Translations under genes and position numbers: made by a program
Assembly (NCBI GenBank): GCA_024641285.1
Contig: JAHEDH010000003.1
Location: forward strand, 1-57,712
Length of the DNA stretch: 57,712 bases
Reading direction: 5' to 3'
Source of the DNA: a bacterium
GTDB taxonomy: Bacteria > Actinomycetota > Acidimicrobiia > Spongiisociales > ZC4RG35
In this document: positions 1-10,327 of the stretch, piece by piece
Layout of the letters: every line of letters starts with the position of its first letter
How positions within the stretch are numbered: position 1 is the first letter of the stretch
The notes under the pieces: model-generated
What the model was told of the DNA's origin: nothing
Seen by the model: only the letters and a program-made list of their open reading frames with translations
The model's database searches: none

Positions 1-2
1 GG

Positions 3-1643
3 CCGGTCAGAGCAGCGACCGGCACCGAGTTGAGCTGTCGGGGATGGCAGCAGGAAGCGGCGTTGCGGATGTTCCACAACAACCTCGACCCCGAGAATGC
101 CGAGAACCCCGACGAGCTGGTCGTGTACGGCGGCACGGGCCGGGCGGCCCGGTCATGGGAGGCGTTCGACGCCATCACCGCCACCCTCCAGAGGCTGGCG
201 GACGACGAGACCCTGCTCGTCCAATCCGGCAAGCCGGTGGGCGTGTTCCGTACCCACGAGTGGGCTCCACGCGTGCTCATCGCCAACTCGAATCTCGTTC
301 CCGAATGGGCGACCTGGCCCGAGTTCCGCAGACTCGAGCACCTCGGGCTCACGATGTACGGGCAGATGACGGCGGGGTCGTGGATCTACATCGGCACCCA
401 AGGGATCCTCCAGGGAACCTACGAGACGTTCGCCGCTATCGCCAAGAAGCGCCACGGCGGTTCGCTGGCCGGGACGATCACGCTGACCGCCGGCCTCGGC
501 GGCATGGGCGGCGCCCAGCCCCTGGCGGTGACCATGAACGAAGGGGTGGCGCTCTGCGTCGAGGTCGATCAACACCGGATCGACCGCCGCATCGAGACCC
601 GCTATCTGGACGTCCAGGCAGATGACGTGAACGACGCCTTGGAGCGGGCGATCACCGCCAAACGGGACCGCACCCCCCTTTCGATCGGCATCCTGGGCAA
701 CGCCGCCGACGTGGTCCCCCGGCTCCTCGAGATGGGTGCCGACATCGACATCGTCACCGACCAGACGTCGGCGCACGACCCGATGACCTACGTGCCGAAC
801 GACCTCTCGATCGAGGCCGCCACCGAGATGCGCACCAACGACCCCGACGAGTACATCCGCCGTTCGAGGCAGGCGATGGTCCGCCATGTCGAGGCGATGG
901 TCGGGTTCATGGACGCCGGAGCGGAGGTGTTCGACTACGGCAACAGCCTGCGGGCCGAGGCGATGATCGGCGGCTACGACCGGGCGATGGACTATCCCGG
1001 GTTCGTGCCGGCATACGTCAGGCCGCTCTTCTGTGAGGGCAAGGGCCCGTTCCGCTGGGCTGCGCTGTCGGGCGATCCGGCCGACATCGCCGCCACGGAT
1101 CGGGCGGTCCTGGAGGAGTTCCCAGATGACGAGGCACTGGGGAGGTGGATCCGGATGGCCGGTGAGCGCGTGGCGTTCCAGGGTCTGCCCGCCCGGATCT
1201 GCTGGCTGGGATATGGGGAACGCCACCGCCTGGCGCTTCGATTCAATCGCATGGTCGCCGGTGGCGAGATATCCGCGCCGATCGTGATCGGCCGAGACCA
1301 TCTCGACTCCGGGTCGGTCGCTTCGCCCTACCGGGAGACCGAGGCGATGGCCGACGGCTCGGACGCCGTCGCCGACTGGCCGCTGCTCAACGCCATGCTC
1401 AACACGGCTTCGGGTGCCACCTGGGTGAGTATCCATCACGGCGGCGGTGTCGGCATCGGGAGATCGATCCACGCCGGACAGGTGTGCGTCGCCGATGGAA
1501 CCGACTTGGCGGCCGAGAAGCTCGAGCGGGTCCTGACCAACGACCCGGGCACCGGCGTGATGCGTCACGTGGACGCCGGATACGAGCGCGCCATCGAGGT
1601 GGCGGGCGAACGCGGAGTTCGTATCCCGATGATGGAGGGCTGA
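3..1643 (+). CDS. hutU: Urocanate hydratase (5'-truncated by window edge)
   Basis: Frame open from base 3 ([23 protein letters not shown]). Hallmark motifs [46 protein letters not shown]. Confidence 0.97.
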   Translation, partial: PVRAATGTELSCRGWQQEAALRMFHNNLDPENAENPDELVVYGGTGRAARSWEAFDAITATLQRLADDETLLVQSGKPVGVFRTHEWAPRVLIANSNLVPEWATWPEFRRLEHLGLTMYGQMTAGSWIYIGTQGILQGTYETFAAIAKKRHGGSLAGTITLTAGLGGMGGAQPLAVTMNEGVALCVEVDQHRIDRRIETRYLDVQADDVNDALERAITAKRDRTPLSIGILGNAADVVPRLLEMGADIDIVTDQTSAHDPMTYVPNDLSIEAATEMRTNDPDEYIRRSRQAMVRHVEAMVGFMDAGAEVFDYGNSLRAEAMIGGYDRAMDYPGFVPAYVRPLFCEGKGPFRWAALSGDPADIAATDRAVLEEFPDDEALGRWIRMAGERVAFQGLPARICWLGYGERHRLALRFNRMVAGGEISAPIVIGRDHLDSGSVASPYRETEAMADGSDAVADWPLLNAMLNTASGATWVSIHHGGGVGIGRSIHAGQVCVADGTDLAAEKLERVLTNDPGTGVMRHVDAGYERAIEVAGERGVRIPMMEG

Positions 1644-2212
1644 TGTCGGTCCGCCCGATCGTTCCGATCGGTCACCCGGTGCTCCGCACTCCTACGATCG
1701 ATGTGGACCCGGCGGACATCGCCTCGCCAGAGATCCAGGGATTGATCGACGACCTGATCGACACGATGCGTCACGAGAACGGCGCCGGGATCGCCGCCAA
1801 CCAGATCGGCGCCACGGCCCGGATCACGACCATCGAGGTCACCGACAATCCACGCTATCCCTACAAGCCGCCGATCCCGCTCACCGTTGCGATCAACCCG
1901 CGCCTCGAGCCCATCGGTGGCGAAACAGTCGTCATCAACGAGGGCTGCCTCTCGGTGCCGCTCCGAGGGGATCTGGTCCGCAGCGTCACGGTGCGCGTCC
2001 GCTATCTCGACAGGGATGGCCTCGAGCACGACGAGATCAAGCGGGGTCTGACCGCCGGGACTTGGCAACACGAGTGCGACCACCTCGACGGACGGCTCAT
2101 CGTCGATCGGATCGATCCCGCGACGATGGCCACCTGGGAACAGTTCGAAGCCCACCAGCGGGATGCCTTCATCGAGCGGATCACCCGCTTCACCGAGGAG
2201 GTGGGCTCGTGA
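1643..2212 (+). CDS. def: Peptide deformylase family protein
   Basis: All three PDF motifs present: GIAANQ, EGCLS, QHECDHLDG. ATG overlaps the hutU stop (TGATG). Confidence 0.93.
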   Translation: MSVRPIVPIGHPVLRTPTIDVDPADIASPEIQGLIDDLIDTMRHENGAGIAANQIGATARITTIEVTDNPRYPYKPPIPLTVAINPRLEPIGGETVVINEGCLSVPLRGDLVRSVTVRVRYLDRDGLEHDEIKRGLTAGTWQHECDHLDGRLIVDRIDPATMATWEQFEAHQRDAFIERITRFTEEVGS

Positions 2213-3537
2213 CCGCCTACTTCTGTGAACGGGCCCTTCTCCCGGAGGGCTGGGAGGAAGACGTCCTCATCGATGTCACCGACGGAGTCATCGAGCGTGT
2301 CGGCATTGCGCTGACGGCGGAGAAGGAGGCCACGGTTCTGGCCGGGCTGGTGATTCCAGGCATGGCGAACGCCCACAGCCATGCGTTCCATCGGGCACTG
2401 CGAGCCAGGACTCATGCCCTCGGTGGGTCGTTCTGGACGTGGCGTGACCTGATGTACGAGACGGCAATCAAGCTCACGCCGGACAGTTACTACGAGCTCG
2501 CCGTTGCTGTCTTTGCCGAGATGCTCGAGGCCGGGTTCACGGCAGTCGGTGAGTTCCATTATCTCCATCACCAAGCAGACGGCACGCCGTACTCGGAACC
2601 GAACACGATGGCTCAGCGGGTGGTCGACGCCGCCAACCACGTCGGGATTCGGATCACGCTCCTCGACACGGTCTTCCTCCATGGCGGTCTCGACCCAGAC
2701 GGCTACCGCCCGCTTTCCGGCAACCAGCTCCGCTTCGGTGACCGCACGGTTGAGCGCTACCTCGACCGCACCAGCCAGTTGAACCTGGAGGGCCTGTCCA
2801 AGGTCGGCACTGCCATTCACTCGATCCGTGCCGTCGACCCTGAGTCGATTGCAGTCGTCGGGTCGGCCCTCGATCGGCCAACCCACGCACACCTGTCCGA
2901 ACAGCCCGATGAGAACACACAGTGCCTGGCGGCCCACAACGGCACGCCGACCGAAGTCTTCCATGAAGCAGGGGTCCTGTCGCAGTCGTTCACGGCGGTT
3001 CACGCGACCCACCCCACCCCACACGACATCTCCCTGTTGGGCGACTCGGGTGCCTCGGTGTGTCTGTGCCCGACAACGGAACGCGACCTCGCCGATGGGG
3101 TGGGACCCGCCTCCGAGCTGAAAAGGGCCGGTGCCCGGCTGTGCGTGGGGAGCGACTCACATGCCGTGATCGATCCATTCGAGGAGATGCGAGCGATCGA
3201 GATGCACGAGCGACTCACCTCCCACCAGCGTGGCGTCTTTCATTCCGCCGACCTCATCACCGCAGCAAGCCTCGATGGATACGCGGCGATCGGTTGGCAG
3301 GGAGGCGGGCGCATCGCCGTAGGGGCTCCTGCCGATCTCGTGTGCCTGGGCCTCGGCTCGAACCGCCTTGCGGGCGCCGACCGTTCTCTGCCCGACGACG
3401 CCGTGGTGTTCTCCGCAGGGGCCGGCGACGTGACCGACGTGGTCGTGGCCGGCCGGCATCTGGTCAGCGAGGGGTCGCACCGGAGCGTGGCCACCGGCGA
3501 AGCGCTGGACCGGGCGATTCAGGCACTGTTCCGGTGA
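2209..3537 (+). CDS. hutF: Formimidoylglutamate deiminase
   Basis: [50 protein letters not shown] start overlaps the def stop (GTGA). Confidence 0.93.
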   Translation: MTAYFCERALLPEGWEEDVLIDVTDGVIERVGIALTAEKEATVLAGLVIPGMANAHSHAFHRALRARTHALGGSFWTWRDLMYETAIKLTPDSYYELAVAVFAEMLEAGFTAVGEFHYLHHQADGTPYSEPNTMAQRVVDAANHVGIRITLLDTVFLHGGLDPDGYRPLSGNQLRFGDRTVERYLDRTSQLNLEGLSKVGTAIHSIRAVDPESIAVVGSALDRPTHAHLSEQPDENTQCLAAHNGTPTEVFHEAGVLSQSFTAVHATHPTPHDISLLGDSGASVCLCPTTERDLADGVGPASELKRAGARLCVGSDSHAVIDPFEEMRAIEMHERLTSHQRGVFHSADLITAASLDGYAAIGWQGGGRIAVGAPADLVCLGLGSNRLAGADRSLPDDAVVFSAGAGDVTDVVVAGRHLVSEGSHRSVATGEALDRAIQALFR

Positions 3538-4679
3538 CGACGGTCATCGACGACATCGGACTCCTCGTCACGAACGATCCTGCGATCGGGCGGGGAGCGC
3601 TCGGGTTGGTCGAGAACGCCTCGATCGTCATCGACGATGGGGTCGTCGTGTCGGTGGGCCCGGCAGGTCAGCTCGCCGACGACCGCGTAGATGCCGCAGG
3701 TCGGTGCGTGCTGCCCGGGTTCGTCGATTCACACAGCCATCTCGTGTTCGCAGGAGACCGGGCCGAGGAGTTCACCGCCAGGATGGCCGGAACTCCCTAC
3801 GACGGTGGAGGCATCCGGGTGACCACCGAGGCGACACGCGCAGCGAGCACCGAGCGTCTGATGGAGCTGACCGCCAGACGAGTCGGCGAGGCCCGCCGCT
3901 ACGGCACGACGACACTCGAGATCAAGTCCGGGTACGGCCTCAACGTGATCGACGAGGTCCGCAGCCTCGAAGTGGCGAACCGGTTCACTTCCGAGACGAC
4001 CTTCCTCGGTGCGCATCTCGTGCCGTCCGAGTACGTCGGCCGCACCGACGATTACGTCGACCTCGTCTGCGGCGAGATGCTGGAGGCGGCGGCTCCTCTG
4101 GCGAAGTGGATCGACGTGTTCTGCGAACGCGGCGCCTTCGACGCCGACCAGTCGGCCCGGGTCCTCGATGCAGGCAAGGCCGCGGGACTGGGCCTGCGGC
4201 TGCACGGCAACCAGTTGAGTGAAGGACCCGGAGTCCGGCTGGCCGTCGAGAAGGGTTGTGCGTCTGTCGATCACTGCACCTACCTGAGTGACGAAGACAT
4301 CGAGGCACTCGCTTCGTCCAACACGGTTGCGACATTCCTGCCCGCCACCGACTTCTCCACTCGACAGCCCTACCCGAACGCCCGTCGGGTGATCGATGCG
4401 GGAGCACAGGTGGCGATCGCGTCGAACTGCAACCCCGGATCGAGCTACACCACGTCGGTTCCGTTCTGCATCGCCCTGTCAGTGCGCGACATGGGCATGA
4501 CGATCGAAGAAGCAGTCCAGGCCGTCACACTGGGAGGGGCTCGCGCACTGCGCCGGGAGGATCTCGGACGACTCGCTCCCGGGTCTGCCGGCCACGCCGT
4601 GATTCTCGATGCACCCAGCTACCACCACCTGGCGTATCGACCCGGTGTCGACGTCGTCGACCGCGTGATCGGCGGATAG
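3534..4679 (+). CDS. hutI: Imidazolonepropionase
   Basis: [42 protein letters not shown] overlap with hutF. Confidence 0.95.
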   Translation: MTTVIDDIGLLVTNDPAIGRGALGLVENASIVIDDGVVVSVGPAGQLADDRVDAAGRCVLPGFVDSHSHLVFAGDRAEEFTARMAGTPYDGGGIRVTTEATRAASTERLMELTARRVGEARRYGTTTLEIKSGYGLNVIDEVRSLEVANRFTSETTFLGAHLVPSEYVGRTDDYVDLVCGEMLEAAAPLAKWIDVFCERGAFDADQSARVLDAGKAAGLGLRLHGNQLSEGPGVRLAVEKGCASVDHCTYLSDEDIEALASSNTVATFLPATDFSTRQPYPNARRVIDAGAQVAIASNCNPGSSYTTSVPFCIALSVRDMGMTIEEAVQAVTLGGARALRREDLGRLAPGSAGHAVILDAPSYHHLAYRPGVDVVDRVIGG

Positions 4680-4685
4680 GCGCCT

Positions 4686-5291
4686 GTGAGCGACGAACGG
4701 AGCCCGACCGTCGACGAGTTGTTCCAGCGTCAACTCGCTCTCCAGAGCGAGGCAGCAAAGGTGATCATGGACCTGAGGCTTTTCGATGTCTTGAAGTCGG
4801 CGGGCGTCCCCAATCCGGTCGGGAGCCTGGCCACCGGGCTGATGGTGTGGCGCGACATCGACTTCACGGTGGTGGTCGACCGGCTGGACCTCGGTGTCGT
4901 CATCGGACTCGCAGGTGTGCTCGCCTTACATCCCCGGGTGAGAGCGATCGAGTTTCGCAACGACAGCGGCCATTGGAACCGGGACGACGCGGAGTATCCG
5001 GACGGTCTCTTCCTCGGTGTCGAGTACGTCGGCGACGAGGTCTGGGAGTTGGACATCTGGTTCGTGACGGAGCCCGAGCGCCAACCCGATATCGCCCACG
5101 TCCGAGAGCTCTCGAAGCGTCTGACAGATGAGCATCGAGCGGCGATCCTCGCCATCAAGGACGCCTGGCACGGTCGCCCCGAGTACGGGTCATCGATCTC
5201 CAGCTACGACTTCTGCTCGGCGGTATTGGACGAGGGAGTGCGCACCGCCGAGGCGTTCGAACAGTTCATGAGTCACCGATCCGACGGGTGA
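4686..5291 (+). CDS. Hypothetical protein, pol-beta-type nucleotidyltransferase-like
   Basis: GS-x8-RDID signature (GSLATGLMVWRDIDF) plus a distal LDIW acidic residue. Starts 6 nt after the hutI stop. Confidence 0.55.
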   Translation: MSDERSPTVDELFQRQLALQSEAAKVIMDLRLFDVLKSAGVPNPVGSLATGLMVWRDIDFTVVVDRLDLGVVIGLAGVLALHPRVRAIEFRNDSGHWNRDDAEYPDGLFLGVEYVGDEVWELDIWFVTEPERQPDIAHVRELSKRLTDEHRAAILAIKDAWHGRPEYGSSISSYDFCSAVLDEGVRTAEAFEQFMSHRSDG

Positions 5292-5491
5292 GGCGCGGAG
5301 TGAGCATTCGGTAGAACTGACTAGTCCCACTGGGCTCTCCTATCCACCCGCGCCGCCTCGTCTACGCCTGCTCCATTCGACCACTCCCCGACGTTGTCTA
5401 GTCACTTTGTGCGTTCATGATTGATCCTCCACTTCGGCATGCATCCGGGTCGATGCAATCGCTGTGGGACCAACCAAGGAAGGTAAGACAG

Positions 5492-7312
5492 ATGCCGAAT
5501 ACAACCGAGTGGCCCCCGTCCCTCACGGACTCCGCTCGATCCAGACATCGCAGAGCCGTCGGCATCTTCACGATTCTCTCGTTGCTGTTCGCCCTCGTCA
5601 CAACAGGACCGGGCCGCTCCACCGCTGATGAGGGCCTGCTCGACGTCATCGTCGTCGAGACCAACCCGGTATCCGATCTGGCCGAAGCGATCGTCACCAG
5701 CGCCGGCGGTGTCATCACCTCACACCTCGACCTGATCGGCGGCTTCAGCGCGACCGTCCCGAGTGGATCTCTCGCTGAACTCGAGGCCAGCGCGTCCGTT
5801 CAGTCGATCACCCCCGACGGGAGCGTCACCCTCACCGAAGCCGGGTGGGGTAACGCAGTAGCCGACCTGGGCTCGCTCAACCCGAAGGATTTCGGCGGAT
5901 CACTGTTCCGCATCACCGAGATCACCAAGGTCCGTGACTTCTGGGCCAAGGGTTTCACCGGCGCAGGCGTCGACGTGGCACTCATCGACTCCGGTGTCAC
6001 CCCGGTTCCCGGTCTCAACGACCCGAGCAAGGTCCTCAACGGCCCCGACCTCTCGTTCGAGTCCCAGAGCGCAGAGTTCCGGAACCTCGACACGTACGGC
6101 CACGGCACCCATATGGCCGGAATCATCGCCGGACGGGACCTGATTGCCGCCAACTACAACGACATCGTCGCCGACCACTTCGTTGGCGTGGCGCCGGACG
6201 CCAGGATCGTCAACGTCAAGGTCGGCAATCACGACGGCACTGTCGATGTGAGCCAGGTCATCGCCGGTATCGACTGGGTCGTCCAGCACAAGAACGACAA
6301 CGGGATGAACATCCGCGTCCTCAACCTCTCGTTCGGCACCGATTCCACCCAGTCCCATCTGCTCGACCCGCTGTCACACGCCGTCGAGCAGGCTTGGAAG
6401 GCCGGGATCGTCGTCGTCGTAGCTGCCGGAAACGACGGAAATGCCAACCCACTTCGGAACCCGGCCACCAATCCCTATGTGATCGCAGTTGGATCAGCCG
6501 AGGGAATGAAGGCCGACAGCGCGTCCATGGACCTCGTCTCCGACTTCTCGAACTGCGGAGCCAACGGGAGATCAGTCGATCTGGTCACCCGCGGACGCTC
6601 AGTTCTCTCGCTCCGGACGCCGGGCTCAGCGGCGGACAACGAGAACCCACAAGCACGAGTCGAGGGCCGCCTCTTCCTCGGCTCCGGCACGAGCCAATCC
6701 GCTGCCGTGGTATCGGGCCTCGCGGCGTTGATGATCGATCAGCATCCGGGTCTGTCTCCGGACCAGGTCAAATCGATGCTCACGACTGGCAACCTCGCGG
6801 TGAAGAACTCGACCAAACAGTGTCAGGGCGCGGGAGGAGCGATCCTCCAACTGAAGGAGAGGATCCCGAGCTCTTCGCAGACCCACGCCCCGTCGACGGG
6901 TCTCGGTACCCTCGAAGGCGCTCGCGGCTCTGATCACCTGCAGTCGAACGGTGTGACGCTCGCCGGAGAGAAGGACATCTTCGGAAAACCCTGGAACGCA
7001 AATGCCTGGTCCAGCGCAGCCACCCTCGGCACATCGTGGTCGGGCGGCACGTGGAACGGGACGTCGTGGTCCGGCACCAATTGGTCGGGTACTTCATGGT
7101 CCGGCACGAGCTGGTCAGGCCTCGGCTGGTCCGGCACGAGCTGGTCAGGCCTCAGCTGGTCCGGAACGAGCTGGAGCAACAAGACGTGGACGGGAACTTC
7201 GTGGTCCGGCACCTCCTGGTCCGGCACGTCCTGGTCCGGCACGAGCTGGTCCGGCACGTCTTGGTCGAGCGCCGGCTGGGGCCCACCGGACACCGGGCTG
7301 CGCTGGGACTGA
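5492..7312 (+). CDS. Secreted S8 (subtilisin-family) serine peptidase with C-terminal Trp-pentapeptide repeats
   Basis: Hydrophobic signal, I9-like prodomain, triad motifs VALIDSG / HGTHMAG / GTSQS, oxyanion GNDG. GGAAGG 8 nt before the ATG at 5492. Confidence 0.92.
   Translation: MPNTTEWPPSLTDSARSRHRRAVGIFTILSLLFALVTTGPGRSTADEGLLDVIVVETNPVSDLAEAIVTSAGGVITSHLDLIGGFSATVPSGSLAELEASASVQSITPDGSVTLTEAGWGNAVADLGSLNPKDFGGSLFRITEITKVRDFWAKGFTGAGVDVALIDSGVTPVPGLNDPSKVLNGPDLSFESQSAEFRNLDTYGHGTHMAGIIAGRDLIAANYNDIVADHFVGVAPDARIVNVKVGNHDGTVDVSQVIAGIDWVVQHKNDNGMNIRVLNLSFGTDSTQSHLLDPLSHAVEQAWKAGIVVVVAAGNDGNANPLRNPATNPYVIAVGSAEGMKADSASMDLVSDFSNCGANGRSVDLVTRGRSVLSLRTPGSAADNENPQARVEGRLFLGSGTSQSAAVVSGLAALMIDQHPGLSPDQVKSMLTTGNLAVKNSTKQCQGAGGAILQLKERIPSSSQTHAPSTGLGTLEGARGSDHLQSNGVTLAGEKDIFGKPWNANAWSSAATLGTSWSGGTWNGTSWSGTNWSGTSWSGTSWSGLGWSGTSWSGLSWSGTSWSNKTWTGTSWSGTSWSGTSWSGTSWSGTSWSSAGWGPPDTGLRWD
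7031..7285 (+). repeat. 17 x 15-bp coding tandem repeat (TSWSG consensus)
   Basis: Trp every fifth residue from TSWSG to AGWGP; synonymously varied codons. Confidence 0.95.
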
Positions 7313-7589
7313 AGGGCCGAGCATGCCGTCTCTCCCGGGACCATGGCAACGGAGTGCACCCGTATGCGGCGGACCAGTCGCCTCCGTTCGGCGCTTCGAG
7401 TCGAGGAGCTAGTCCCTTTGGGCAACACCGATTGGTCCTCCAGACCGCACTCCCGATTCGCCGAAGGAAGAGAAGGAACCAAGGAAGGTGCAAGTTGATC
7501 CGTGTGAGCTACACGATCGGACGGGACGGATACCGAAACCCCGATCGAGACGACTCCCGAAATCCATCCTCAAAGACGAAGGGCCTCGT

Positions 7590-10085
7590 ATGAGAGCCGG
7601 CAGCGTTCGCTGGGAAATGCGCCACAACACGGGTCTCGTTCTGACGTTGATCCTCTCACTCCTCCTTACCATTCTCACATCAGCGGCAGCGGCGTCAGGC
7701 CCCGCCGATGGTGCCCTCGTTCGCGTGATCGTCACCGAGGTCAATCCGGCCACGGCCGATGCCGAGAGCCTCGTCGAGAGGCTCGGTGGCGTTGTACGTG
7801 ACAACCTGGGGTTGATCGGCGGGTTCAGTGCAACGGTTCCACAGAACGCCATCGACCGCTTGGTTGCTGACGCCTCGATCTCGGCCGCAGCCATCGATCG
7901 CTCGGTCGAACTCCTGAGCTGGGCCGACGAGACACCCGATGGGCGCCTACCTGGCTCGCTCGACGTGCTGACCTCGTCGGTCATCCGCGCCACGGACTTT
8001 TGGAGAGCCGGATACACCGGCGCAGGCGTCGACGTCGCGCTCATCGACTCGGGCATCGTTCCGGTCGACGGACTGACAACGCCAGGCAAGGTCATCAACG
8101 GGCCGGACTTGTCGCTGGAACAGGCTGCCGAGGTGCGGTATCTCGACACCTTCGGTCACGGCACGCACATGGCCGGCATCATCGCCGGCCGCAGTGAGGG
8201 TGCCACCATCGATGATTACCGCACCACCTGCTGCTATCTGCTCGGAGCCGACGGACTGCTCAACCGATTCGACCCGGCGCAGCCAGGTTCGGGCACAGAA
8301 ACCGTCGCGACTTCCAGCGCCGGCTTGAAGGCGATGGCCGTCCAGCCGGGAACCGACACGCTGTTCGCTTCCACCGGCACAAGACTCGTCACGGTCGATA
8401 CGGCGTCAGGCGTATCGACAACGCTCGGATCTTTCGGATCCGTGTCCGGATCTGCCGGCTCCGTCAGCCTCGATGCCGTCAAGGTCCTCACCTTCGATGG
8501 AAATCGACTCTTCGGTGTCCAGGACATGGGCTCGGGCAACCAGGATCTGATCTTCGAGATCAACCCGGCCACCGGTGCCGCCCTCCGCGGCGGCTTCGGA
8601 GGCAAGGACTACACCGAAGTGCAGAAGCCATCTGCCACGTTGAAGTCCCTCGCCGACATCGCGGTCGACCCGACCACCGGCATCATGTACGGACTCGCAT
8701 GGGACGGCAACGGTCGCTACGAGCTCGCCACCATCGATGCCGCCACTGGCGCCGTCGCCCTGGTTGGTGGCGGGCTCCACAGAAAGGTCGACACGCTCGC
8801 CTTCGACGGATACGGCGAGCTATGGGGCTTCGACCGTGAGAACTCGGAGCTCGTCGTCCTCGACAAGTCGCGTGGCGGTGAGCCATCCGGGGCGCGCCCC
8901 GTGTCCGTCTCCGGAGCCATCATGGACATCGCTCCCACGACGGCTGACGTCTTCGACACCCCTTCGCCCCACTTCCTCGGTGTCGCCCCCGATGCACGGC
9001 TCGTCAACGTCAAGGTCGGCGCCCATGACGGATCGGTGGATGTCTCGCAGGTGATCGCCGCCATCGACTGGGTGGTCCAGCACAAGAACGACAACGGACT
9101 CGACATACGGGTGCTGAATCTCTCGTTCGGAACGGACGGGACTCAGAAGTACCAAGACGACCCGCTCTCCTTCGCGGTCGAAGCAGCTTGGAAGCACGGC
9201 ATCGTCGTGGTCGTGTCGGTCGGCAACGACGGAAACGGCGCAAAGGTCCGCAACCCCGCGATCAACCCGTACGTCATCTCGGTCGGCTCGGTCGACACAG
9301 CCGGAACCTACGGCCTCGGCGACGACGTCCTGAGCGGCTTCTCGAACTGTGGCGACAAATCACGTCGGCCCGATCTCGTCGCGCCGGGCAAGTCGGTCGT
9401 CAGCCTCCGCAGCCCGGGCTCGGTGTCAGATGAGCTCTACCCGAATGCCCGGACCGGTACCCGCCTGTTCCGCGGCTCCGGGACGTCGCAGTCCGCAGCC
9501 GTCGTGTCCGGGGCAGCGGCGCTGCTGATCGACCAGCGCCCCGAGCTGACGCCGGACCAGGTGAAGGCCATCCTGATCGGGTCCGCGCGGAAGATTCCGC
9601 AAGTCGACAAGAACTGCCAGGGAGCCGGCCTACTCGATCTGAGTGGCGCGTTGGTCACGGCGACTCCCGGCGCAAGCCAGTCGTTCAAGGCCTCCAAGGG
9701 ACAAGGTTCCCTCGATGCCGCCCGTGGGACACATCGCATCGCACTCGACGGGGACGTCATTTCAGGCGAAGTGGACATCCACGGTCGACCGTGGAATGGC
9801 ACCTCCTGGTCCGGCACCAGCTGGTCTGGCACGTCCTGGAGCGCCGGCGTCTGGAACGGCACCTCCTGGTCCGGCACGAGCTGGTCGGGCTTGAGCTGGT
9901 CGGGCTCGAGCTGGTCGGGCTTGAGCTGGTCGGGCTTGAGCTGGTCCGGCACGAGCTGGTCCGGCACGAGCTGGTCCGGCACGAGCTGGTCCGGCACCTC
10001 CTGGTCGGGCACCTCCTGGTCCGGTACGTCGTGGTCCGGCACGAGCTGGTCGGACGCCTCGTGGGCCGGCCTGCGCTGGGACTGA
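7590..10085 (+). CDS. Secreted S8 serine peptidase with internal beta-propeller-like insertion and C-terminal Trp-pentapeptide repeats
   Basis: Paralog of the upstream S8 gene with the same triad motifs and an ~245-aa insertion after HGTHMAGIIAGR. Start could be 7590 or 7617. Confidence 0.9.
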   Translation: MRAGSVRWEMRHNTGLVLTLILSLLLTILTSAAAASGPADGALVRVIVTEVNPATADAESLVERLGGVVRDNLGLIGGFSATVPQNAIDRLVADASISAAAIDRSVELLSWADETPDGRLPGSLDVLTSSVIRATDFWRAGYTGAGVDVALIDSGIVPVDGLTTPGKVINGPDLSLEQAAEVRYLDTFGHGTHMAGIIAGRSEGATIDDYRTTCCYLLGADGLLNRFDPAQPGSGTETVATSSAGLKAMAVQPGTDTLFASTGTRLVTVDTASGVSTTLGSFGSVSGSAGSVSLDAVKVLTFDGNRLFGVQDMGSGNQDLIFEINPATGAALRGGFGGKDYTEVQKPSATLKSLADIAVDPTTGIMYGLAWDGNGRYELATIDAATGAVALVGGGLHRKVDTLAFDGYGELWGFDRENSELVVLDKSRGGEPSGARPVSVSGAIMDIAPTTADVFDTPSPHFLGVAPDARLVNVKVGAHDGSVDVSQVIAAIDWVVQHKNDNGLDIRVLNLSFGTDGTQKYQDDPLSFAVEAAWKHGIVVVVSVGNDGNGAKVRNPAINPYVISVGSVDTAGTYGLGDDVLSGFSNCGDKSRRPDLVAPGKSVVSLRSPGSVSDELYPNARTGTRLFRGSGTSQSAAVVSGAAALLIDQRPELTPDQVKAILIGSARKIPQVDKNCQGAGLLDLSGALVTATPGASQSFKASKGQGSLDAARGTHRIALDGDVISGEVDIHGRPWNGTSWSGTSWSGTSWSAGVWNGTSWSGTSWSGLSWSGSSWSGLSWSGLSWSGTSWSGTSWSGTSWSGTSWSGTSWSGTSWSGTSWSDASWAGLRWD
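9786..10082 (+). repeat. 20 x 15-bp coding tandem repeat (TSWSG consensus, last unit LRWD)
   Basis: 99 residues with Trp in unbroken period-5 register through to the stop codon. Confidence 0.95.
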
Positions 10086-10132
10086 CCCGGCGACTCCAAC
10101 ACGCAGCGGGACTCATGACCTGATTGAAGAGA

Positions 10133-10155
10133 GCGAAGACGGAACCGGTCTTCGC
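10133..10155 (+). terminator. Possible terminator hairpin after the S8 pair
   Basis: GCGAAGAC-N7-GTCTTCGC followed by a T-rich stretch (AATCTTCGTTCTT). Confidence 0.4.
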
Positions 10156-10262
10156 AATCTTCGTTCTTGGGGTGAGTCCAAGTGCGTGCGGCGCTGCGGG
10201 TTCTCAGAATGGGGGGCCGAAGCACCCAAGGAGATCCGCGGGACCGCGCCCCGGTCTTCTCC

Positions 10263-10310
10263 TTGACAAACCATTCTGAACGTATGTACATTCTGTTGAA
10301 CAGTTGTTCA
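10263..10310 (+). promoter_or_regulatory. Sigma70-type promoter with tandem TetR operator palindromes
   Basis: TTGACA (10263) N18 TACATT (10287). Palindrome TGAACA-GT-TGTTCA (10297-10310) and a degenerate copy TGAACG-TA-TGTACA (10277-10290). Confidence 0.8.
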
Positions 10311-10327
10311 GTGCGAGCGAGTTCGGC

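Noticed and set aside
8220-8960. S8 insertion as an intein
   Set aside because: No C-terminal His-Asn followed by Cys/Ser/Thr and no recognisable splicing blocks. The repeats look like propeller blades.
7031-10082. 15-bp repeats as CRISPR or non-coding VNTR
   Set aside because: They are in-frame coding repeats with synonymous variation and no spacers.
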